61,249 nt of DNA from Arcicella sp. (GTDB lineage: Bacteria > Bacteroidota > Bacteroidia > Cytophagales > Spirosomataceae): the NCBI GenBank assembly GCA_043756925.1, contig JAYVRF010000139.1:1-61249 (forward strand). Direction: 5' to 3'. Each line of letters begins with the position of its first letter. Position 1 is the stretch's first letter. A program made the translations under genes and the position numbers. This document shows positions 27,973 through 36,100 of this stretch, piece by piece. The notes under the pieces are model-generated. The model did no database searches. It saw only the letters and a list, made by a program, of their open reading frames with translations, and was not told where the DNA came from.

Positions 27973-29132
27973 TTGATTTTATTAAGTTCCTGTTTTTTCA
28001 TTTCGGGTGTAAGGTGTAAATATTTCTGGGTCGTGGTTATAAAACTGTGTTGCATTTCGTCTCTAACTACGTTTATCGGTGCTTTGCTAATCAAGATAGT
28101 TCCAAACGTATCTCTTGAATCCTTAAACCGCAACGGCTTGTTAATTTTGGCACGTTTCGCTAAAGCTTTGAGGTTTAGGTTTACTTTTGGGTTTGTCAGT
28201 CCCTTAAACAAAGCATCGTCATTATTTGGCATATATTTGATTGCTATCGTTTGGGGTTTTCCATTGAATAAAGAAAAAAGATACTTTTCTCCAAATTTAT
28301 TAGTCTTATTGGCTTGGTATTCGAGTATTAAGCCTTCGTTTGTGTGGTGAAAATGCTTTGCTTTGAGTTTATATACATCGTTAAACCTTAGCCCTGTATA
28401 GCATCCAAAAAGAAACATATCACGGCATCGCTCTAACATTCTTTCGTTTGGCTCAAAAGTTAGTTCTTCCAATCGCTGCAATTCTTCTTCCGTACAAAAT
28501 TGAGATTTAAAAGGAATTTTGTTTACGCTAAAATCTATATACGGGTTATCCTGTGGTAATATCAAACGGCTCTTGATAGCTTGGATAATATATTTTCTAA
28601 AATGCTTATGGTGTTTAGCTATTGTATTGATGTGGAGTTTCTTATTATTCAAAAAGAAATCAAAGGATTGTACTAAGGCAAAATTTATTTCATCAAATCG
28701 AACCTCTGGACGGAACTCTTTAAAATATTGAAATGATAATTTTCGAGTTCTCCAAGATTGTTGTTTTAGGGCTTTTTCCGCTTCGAGTTGGTCAGCATAG
28801 AATTTTGTAAATGATAAATTTTTAGGCTGTGGTGTTGGTTCGGGTGCGTATTGATATTGAAAATCTGAAAGCCTAAATTGTCCTTTTTTAATCCTAAAAT
28901 TTGATTCAAAGGTTTTCAACTCCTGTATGAGTGTTTCACAATTTCTTTTGATGTGGTTATCCTTTGGCAAGTTTTTATCAACGTTCCAACCTTCGGGCGT
29001 AACGCTTATTCCTGTGCTGTGATAGGTCGCTTTACCATTGTGATACATTCTAATCTCAATAAAGGCTTTGCCATACTTATCAAGCCGTTTCCTACGATTA
29101 AACCGTAAAGAGTATTCAATAAATTTATCCAT
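27966..29132 (-). CDS. Tyrosine recombinase/integrase (Bacteroidota Arm-SAM-catalytic type)
   Basis: IEIRMY...STGISV arm domain; FLFGCYTGLRFND, KDSRDTF, MQHS, TTQKY. Confidence 0.95.
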   Translation of the reverse strand: MDKFIEYSLRFNRRKRLDKYGKAFIEIRMYHNGKATYHSTGISVTPEGWNVDKNLPKDNHIKRNCETLIQELKTFESNFRIKKGQFRLSDFQYQYAPEPTPQPKNLSFTKFYADQLEAEKALKQQSWRTRKLSFQYFKEFRPEVRFDEINFALVQSFDFFLNNKKLHINTIAKHHKHFRKYIIQAIKSRLILPQDNPYIDFSVNKIPFKSQFCTEEELQRLEELTFEPNERMLERCRDMFLFGCYTGLRFNDVYKLKAKHFHHTNEGLILEYQANKTNKFGEKYLFSLFNGKPQTIAIKYMPNNDDALFKGLTNPKVNLNLKALAKRAKINKPLRFKDSRDTFGTILISKAPINVVRDEMQHSFITTTQKYLHLTPEMKKQELNKIKW

Positions 29133-29285
29133 TGTTTGACTGATTTTAAATTACAGTCGCAAACGTAGGATTAAAAGGTATGAATGTATGTGTAACAAAA
29201 TGTGTAACAAACCTAATGAACCAAAATGCACTCTATTGTATTCTAAGCGGGTTTTTAGAATTAATCTTTGTACCCCTAAAACAAG

Positions 29286-29310
29286 TAAAGCCTTGAATAT
29301 CAAGGCTTTA
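29286..29310 (-). terminator. Element-encoded hairpin downstream of tRNA-Cys
   Basis: TAAAGCCTTGA-ATA-TCAAGGCTTTA. Confidence 0.6.
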
Positions 29311-29320
29311 TGGTAATAAT

Positions 29321-29394
29321 TGGAGGTCTCGAGCGGATTCGAACCGCTGTGGAAGCTTTTGCAGAGCTCTGCCTAACCTCTCGGCCACAAGACC
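29321..29394 (-). tRNA. tRNA-Cys (GCA)
   Basis: GGTCTTG/CGAGACC acceptor stem, anticodon loop CTGCAAA, GGTTCGAATCC T-arm, U73 plus encoded CCA; TACTTTTG promoter at 29418-29425. Confidence 0.97.
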
Positions 29395-29548
29395 ATCATA
29401 TAAAATTGAATGGGTTGCAAAAGTAATGCCGTTTTGTCTAAAATCAAAAGATTAAGAGAAGTATTTACCCGAATTTGTATTCAATTTTATTGAAAATTGT
29501 GGGTATAAAACTGATTATCAGATAATTATCCATTTATATTTTAAACAA

Positions 29549-29586
29549 AAAAATGTCCTGCCAACCGAAGCCAACAGGACATTTTT
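29549..29586 (-). terminator. rpsA terminator
   Basis: AAAAATGTCCTG...CAGGACATTTTT. Confidence 0.7.
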
Positions 29587-29680
29587 GTATTCGTAAAATT
29601 CTACAAATTGATGATAGTAAATTGTTTGAGCGTTATTGAACACTAACACCTAAATTCTAACCCCTATCACCCAACAGAGA

Positions 29681-31522
29681 TTATTCAGCAACAACAACTT
29701 TCGCCGCTTTCTCTTTCTTGTCTAATTTCTTTTTCGCTTCTTCACGAGCTGAATCTTCCATTTGAGCCTTCAAGTTGGTAAGAGCATCTAAGTCTCCCAA
29801 AGTTGATTTCTCGGCATCTGCGGTTGTTGCTGATGCTTTGTTTGAATCCTTTGTGTTTTTCTTCTTCTCTTCAACTGGTGCTTCTTCTTTCGTGTCGTTA
29901 TAAGTACGAACGTGCGACAATTGAATCTTGCGGTCTTCTTTGTTGAATTCAGTTACTTTGAAATCTAATTGTTCACCAATTTCTGCTGGTGTACCATCTT
30001 CTTTCGCTAATTGCTTCAATGCTGATGAACCTTCAATTCCGTAAGGTAATTCCAAAGTTGCTCCTTTGTCGTTTTTCGCAGTGATTGTACATTTGTGTAC
30101 AGAACCCATTGTGAAAATTGACTCGAAAGTATCCCAAGGATTTTCCTCTAATTGTTTATGTCCAAGTGCTAAACGACGATTCTCTGCATCTAATTCCAAT
30201 ACAATTACGTCTAATTTATCACCTACTTTCACAAACTCAGATGGATGTTTGATTTTCTTAGTCCAAGATAAATCTGAAACGTGAACTAATCCGTCAATAC
30301 CTTCTTCTAATTCAAGGAATAAACCAAAATTAGTCAAATTACGAACCGTTCCTGTGTGCTTAGAACCCAAAGCATAACGAGCCAATAAGTCTTGCTTAGT
30401 CCAAGGATCTTCGGTTAACTGCTTGATACCCAATGACATTTTGCGTTCAGAACGGTCAAGTGTCAAAACAACAGCATCAATCATATCACCCACTTTCAGG
30501 AAGTCTTGTGGATTACGCAAGTGCTGAGACCATGACATTTCTGAAACGTGAATCAACCCTTCCACGCCTTGCGTGATTTCTAAGAATGCACCGTAATCTG
30601 CTACGTTTACAATCTTTCCTTTCACTGCTGAACCAATGGCAGTTGTTTCTGCTAAAGCATCCCAAGGATGAGCCTGTAATTGCTTCATACCTAATGAAAT
30701 ACGTTTCTTGTTTTCGTCGAAATCCAAAACAACCACTTGGATTTTTTGATCAAGTTTAAGCATTTCTTGTGGATGATTGATTCGTCCCCACGAAATATCA
30801 GTAATGTGCAATAAACCATCAACACCACCTAAATCAATGAATACACCGAAGTTGGTCATGTTTTTGATTACACCTTCCAATACTTGTCCTTTTTCAAGGT
30901 TCGTAAGGATTGATTGACGTTGTTGTTCAAGGTCTTTCTCAATCAATACTTTGTGTGATACTACTACGTTATCGTTAGCGTGGTTAATTTTAACCACTTT
31001 AACTTCCATTTTCTTACCAACAAATATGTCGAAATCACGGATTGGTTTCACGTCAATTTGTGAACCTGGCAAGAATGCCTCGATACCATAAATATCTACG
31101 ATAAGACCACCTTTTGTACGACGCTTCACAAATCCATCAATGATTGTGTCTAATTCCAACGCATCTTCAATGTTTTTCCAAGCCGTCATTACTTTGGCTA
31201 ACTTACGAGAAAGAATCAATTGACCTGATTTGTCTTCTTGATTTTCTACATAAACGTCCACCACGTCACCCACTTTCAAGTCGGGCATATCTCTAAATTC
31301 TGAAGTTGGCACTAATCCGTCAGATTTGAACCCGATGTTTAAGATAACTTCACGGTCAGTAATCCCTACGACCGTACCTTTTACCACTGCTTTCTCCGTA
31401 ACGATATTTAACGTTCCTTCGATTAGAGCCTCTAATTGAGCTCTTTGCTCAGAAGAGTAACCTCCTCCAAATCCTTTACTACCGACCGAATCCCAGTCGA
31501 AATCCGCTAATTGATTAGCCAT
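29681..31522 (-). CDS. rpsA: 30S ribosomal protein S1 (start reassigned to MANQLADFDW)
   Basis: Six S1 domains (FGVFIDLGGVDGLLHITDISW etc.); TATCTTTG promoter at 31605-31612 lies inside the longer ORF, which supports the shorter start. Confidence 0.97.
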   Translation of the reverse strand: MANQLADFDWDSVGSKGFGGGYSSEQRAQLEALIEGTLNIVTEKAVVKGTVVGITDREVILNIGFKSDGLVPTSEFRDMPDLKVGDVVDVYVENQEDKSGQLILSRKLAKVMTAWKNIEDALELDTIIDGFVKRRTKGGLIVDIYGIEAFLPGSQIDVKPIRDFDIFVGKKMEVKVVKINHANDNVVVSHKVLIEKDLEQQRQSILTNLEKGQVLEGVIKNMTNFGVFIDLGGVDGLLHITDISWGRINHPQEMLKLDQKIQVVVLDFDENKKRISLGMKQLQAHPWDALAETTAIGSAVKGKIVNVADYGAFLEITQGVEGLIHVSEMSWSQHLRNPQDFLKVGDMIDAVVLTLDRSERKMSLGIKQLTEDPWTKQDLLARYALGSKHTGTVRNLTNFGLFLELEEGIDGLVHVSDLSWTKKIKHPSEFVKVGDKLDVIVLELDAENRRLALGHKQLEENPWDTFESIFTMGSVHKCTITAKNDKGATLELPYGIEGSSALKQLAKEDGTPAEIGEQLDFKVTEFNKEDRKIQLSHVRTYNDTKEEAPVEEKKKNTKDSNKASATTADAEKSTLGDLDALTNLKAQMEDSAREEAKKKLDKKEKAAKVVVAE

Positions 31523-31650
31523 ATTGTTGAATAACAGTCTTTTATACATCATACGCCTCAGACAAGGGGCGAAGAATTTTGTGAATCCCTGATAATTGGG
31601 GGTGCAAAGATACAAATTTTTAGTTAATTACTTGAAAATGAGGGGATTTT

Positions 31651-32325
31651 TTACGTTTTTATTGCCTTCTTCACAAAATAACCCAATCCCAAAACAGACC
31701 CAGCAATTAACGCTAAAATCAAAAACTGAGAGGTATTCCCTTCACTTGGATGTTCAATCAACCTTCTGATTTCCTTTGCTTGTGTGCCAATCCATATTGA
31801 AAGGATGGTTCGGGGTAACATTCCGAGAAATCCTGCCGTAAGGAAATTACGAAGTTTTGTGCCTGAAAAGGAGAATAATACATTGGTTACGGCAAAAGGT
31901 AGAACGGGCGAAAGTCGAGCGAGGATGATAATTTTAAATTCATCTTTTTGTAAATTTTCTAATACTTGTTTTACTTTTGGTTTTTCAGAAAGTATTGCCA
32001 AAAAACGTCCTCCATCAATGAATTGAGCAGTTTTATAACCCAAAAAAGAAGCAATCCAGTACGTAATAGCTACGGGAATGAAAGCGTTCCAACCTAAGAA
32101 ATATCCACTCAATAAGGCAACGAAAGTGGTTGGTGTTAAGGCAAAAGCCATGGTAAAACAGGCAAAAATATAGACAATTATCCAATTTTGAACAGTAAAA
32201 TACTGGATGTCATTTTCATGCGTAATTACCCAATAACTTATGGAAGAACTTACTAACAAAGGCATTAATCCCAAGAAGAAAGTATAGAGAATAGTGAAGG
32301 TATTTTTTTTGAGAAAATTAAGCAT
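31651..32325 (-). CDS. VTT/TVP38-TMEM64 (DedA superfamily) membrane protein
   Basis: SGYFLGW, LARLSPVLPFAVTN, GFLGMLPRT. Confidence 0.85.
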   Translation of the reverse strand: MLNFLKKNTFTILYTFFLGLMPLLVSSSISYWVITHENDIQYFTVQNWIIVYIFACFTMAFALTPTTFVALLSGYFLGWNAFIPVAITYWIASFLGYKTAQFIDGGRFLAILSEKPKVKQVLENLQKDEFKIIILARLSPVLPFAVTNVLFSFSGTKLRNFLTAGFLGMLPRTILSIWIGTQAKEIRRLIEHPSEGNTSQFLILALIAGSVLGLGYFVKKAIKT

Positions 32326-32405
32326 TGTTTTGATGTTCGTGATTCGATATTTGATGTTCGTTTTTCAATATTCGAATACCAAGCATCGAAAAACGAACAT
32401 CGAAA
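32326..32405. repeat. Intergenic inverted array of short (~7-nt) repeats
   Basis: GATGTTCG...CGAACATC arrays; same family as 17617-17688. Confidence 0.65.
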
Positions 32406-32882
32406 CTAAAATTCATTAAATTTCAAAGGCAATAAATCTCCGATTGAATTTGTGATAAGTATTTTATTATCAGTTCCTAACATTAATAATCTAATTGGTT
32501 CTTTCTGACGATTTTCGTATTCTAACATCGCCTGACGACACGCACCACAAGGAGGAACGCCTCGGAATTCATCGCCCGAACCTGGGCGAGCAATCACGGC
32601 AATTGATTTAATTTTTCGGTCAGGGTAATTTGCTCCAATCCAAAAAATGGCTGATTGTTCAGCACATGAACCCGATGGAAAGGCAGCATTTTCTTGGTTA
32701 TTGGCGGTGATTATTTGGTCATTATCCAACAAAACAGCCGCTCCAACGTGAAATTTTGAATAGGGTGCATAGGATTTATAAGTGGCTTTTCGGGCTTCGG
32801 ACAATAGTTTTTGTTCAATTAGTGTAAGTTCGTTTTCGTTATCGTACTTTTCAAGGGAAATTATTAAATTAAGTTTCTGCAT
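32406..32882 (-). CDS. cdd: Cytidine deaminase
   Basis: YAPYSKFHVGAA, NQENAAFPSGSCAE, PCGACRQ. Confidence 0.96.
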   Translation of the reverse strand: MQKLNLIISLEKYDNENELTLIEQKLLSEARKATYKSYAPYSKFHVGAAVLLDNDQIITANNQENAAFPSGSCAEQSAIFWIGANYPDRKIKSIAVIARPGSGDEFRGVPPCGACRQAMLEYENRQKEPIRLLMLGTDNKILITNSIGDLLPLKFNEF

Positions 32883-33162
32883 ATCAGTTCATTAGTTTAA
32901 ATTTTGTTGATTTTGAGATGGGAAATATGTAACTAATTTGTGATAATATTAGTTCAAAAATATTTAAAACGTATTATCGTTTCTTGTCCTGTAGTTTCTT
33001 ATTCTCTGGTGCAGAAGCGGAGTACCGCCCAACATTGGGTTACAGTTTGCGACCACTTAAAAGATTTCTTCCTAAATGCTTGAAAATCATTCAAACTTTT
33101 CTGAACTTCTGCAATTATTTCACACATACAATTTCTCGGTTTCTGAAACCGCCCACTCCCTC

Positions 33163-36100
33163 ATGAATACCACATTACGTTTTCCTCAAAAAACTGCTCA
33201 TTTCTTATTTATTTCCTTTTTCTTTTTTGCTTCCTGTTCCAAATTCAATAACGTTTCGGTGTCGAGTATGAACTTTGAAAATGAAGTACAACTGACTCAA
33301 AATCTGGCATTTACGTTTGATAAAGACCTTGTGCGTGACGGTGATTTGAACACTTGGGAAGCTGAACCTTACCTCGAAATTTCGCCAAAAGTTGAAGGCA
33401 AATTTAAGTGGACAGCCACAAACGAACTCGTGTTTTCACCTGCCATGGGTTTTGAACCTGCTACTGAATACACTGCTACCATCAATAAATCAGTTACGGC
33501 AAAATCTGAGAAAAAATATGGACTTAATACTGAGAAAATTAAATTTCATACGCCTTATTTGAAATTAGAAAACGTAGAAAGTTTCTGGACAAAATCCCGT
33601 GAAGATGGACAAGGAGTTGTCATTTTAAAACTGATTTTTAACTATCCAGTAAATCCACAAGAAGTAGCTAAAATGCTGATTGTCAAGGATTCAGATGATA
33701 AAAAATATGAATTTTCATTAAATCAAACGGGGTCTTCTCAGAGTATTTCTTTGAAGTTGAAGGGCATCTCGGATGGTACTGGAAAATCGCTGAAAGTTAC
33801 CTTAGAAAAAGGACTTTCGATGCCAAATTCAAAGCATGAAACGGAAGAAGAATTATCGTTAGAAACCTCATTACCCGATGTAAAAAACCTTGAAATTACC
33901 GACGTACAACACAACTTTGAGAATAATCAAGGTTATGTGAAAGTGATAACTAATCAAACACTCAACGTTCAAGATTTAGAGAAAATATATAAAATTGAAA
34001 TCAATGGAGCTTCTGAAACCGTTGAAGAACCCGTTTACGAATATGACTCTTTGGGGAATCCAATTGTGAAAGTAGAGGTAGCAATAAAGCCAAAACCAAA
34101 AACACCAACGCTGGAAACGAAGGCAGAAATTACCGAAAATGGATTTATAATCAGAGGCGATTTTAACGAATCTGATAATTATGTTTTAACCATAAATAAA
34201 GAAGCAAAAGGCATTTTAGGTGCTTCATTATCAGATGATTATGTAAAAGATTTATACTTCGGAGCTATGCCCGCTTCGATTGGATTTGTTAATAAAAAAG
34301 CCATTTATTTATCTTCGAAAGGAAATAAAAATATTGCGATAAATATTGTCAATACACCCAAAGTAAACGTAAGAATTGCGAAAATTTATGAAAATAACAT
34401 TTTACACTTTTTGAAGGAGAGACGTTACCAAAGTTATGAAGAGTATAGTGAAGAAGGCGGTAACTCTTCAACAAATTATAGCTACGATACCGATGAGGCA
34501 GGGCAATTTTCAGATGTAATTGTAAACAAAACCGTCGAGACGGCAAATTTGGCAAAAGTAAAGGGCGTTCGGGCTTTGAATTTATCGTTACCCGAACAAA
34601 ATACCATCAAAGGAATCTACATCGTCTCGGTTAATTCTAACGATGAATATTACAACCAAGCCACCAAATTAGTGAGTATTTCGGACATTGGAATGATGAT
34701 GAAATCGTCTGAAAATGAGGTGGTTGTGTTCACAAATTCTATCAAAACTGCCGAGCCATTGAGTGGCGTGGAAATAAGTTTGATTTCGTCTAATAATCAG
34801 ACTATTCAAACTTCCGAAACGGACGGAAAAGGCATGGCAACTTTCAAGGATTTCAAGGCATCTAAATTTCAAACTGCGATGATTACCGCTCATACCGAAG
34901 ACGATTTTAACTACCTTTTCTTAGATGGCTCGCAAGTGGAAACTTCTCGTTTTGATGTGGAAGGGAAACGGGATAATACCTCTGGTTTTGAGGCGTTTAT
35001 CTACGGTGATAGAGATATTTATCGTCCAGGGGAAACGCTACATTTCAATACGGTTATCCGTAAAAATAACTGGGAATCGGTTGGTGAAATTCCCGTAAAA
35101 ATTCGTTTACTTTTACCCAACGGCAAGGAGTTTCAGACCTTCAAGAAAACCACTAATTCTCAAGGTGCAGTTAATATGGATGTGCCGACCGACCGCTCGT
35201 CCATCACGGGTGTTTATGTAGTGGAAGTGTTGAATGGGAATGACGTTTTATTGGCTTCTCGGAATATTTCTATCGAGGAATTTATGCCCGATAGAATTAA
35301 GGTTGATGTAAAAGCGGGCAAGGAATTTTATCGGAATGGCGAGACGCTTCAAATCACGGCAACGGCTCAGAATTTGTTTGGTCCGCCAGCTTCCAATCGG
35401 AATTATCAGATGGAATTAAACCTTAACCGAAAACTATTCGAACCAAAAGATTATAAAGGTTATATATTTGATATTCAGGATAATACAAATTTTGAAATGG
35501 TTGCTCGTGAAGGTGTAACCAATGAAAATGGCTTGGCTTCGGAGTCATTTCAAATTCCTGCAACCTACGCAAATATGGGCGTTTTAGAGGCTAAAACGTA
35601 CGTGACTGTTTTTGATGAAACGGGCCGTCCTGTGAATCGTTTGAGTAAATTAGACATTTTTACGCAATCGGTTTTTTACGGAATCGGGATGCCAGATACG
35701 TATATTGGAACGAATGTACCGACTCAAATTCCGTTGGTGGCTTTGAATAAAGATGGAAAACCAGTTTCAGCGAAAGGTCGAGTGGAAATTGTTCGTTTTG
35801 ATTATCAGACCGTTATTGAGAAAAATACGGATAATACTTTAAAATATTCGTCCAAAAAACAGACGAAAGTTGTTTATTCTCGTACCATGAATTTTGACGG
35901 GGGTAAAGCAAATATTTCTTACGCACCGCCTATTTCGGGAGAGTACGAAATACGGGTTCACAGCGAAGGGGCAAAATCTTGGACGGCTCAAGGTTTCTAT
36001 GCTTACGGCTTTGGCTCAACCGAAAATAGTTCGTTTGAGGTCAATAACGAAGGAAAAGTAGAAATGTCGTTTGACAAAGAAAAATACAAAATTGGTGAGA

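Larger units (their letters stand above)
23340..29335 (-). mobile_element. ~6 kb integrative element (NBU-/phage-satellite-like) inserted in the 3' end of tRNA-Cys
   Basis: Direct repeat of the tRNA 3' end at both ends; tyrosine integrase next to the tRNA; HTH excisionase, P4/D5 helicase and primase, all co-oriented. Confidence 0.9.

Noticed and set aside
31523-31615. N-terminal extension of S1 in the ORF track
   Set aside because: Contains the promoter -7 box and leader; the true start is 31522
33076-33162. N-terminal extension of alpha-2-macroglobulin
   Set aside because: Would put the lipobox too far from the start; ATG 33163 gives a normal lipoprotein signal
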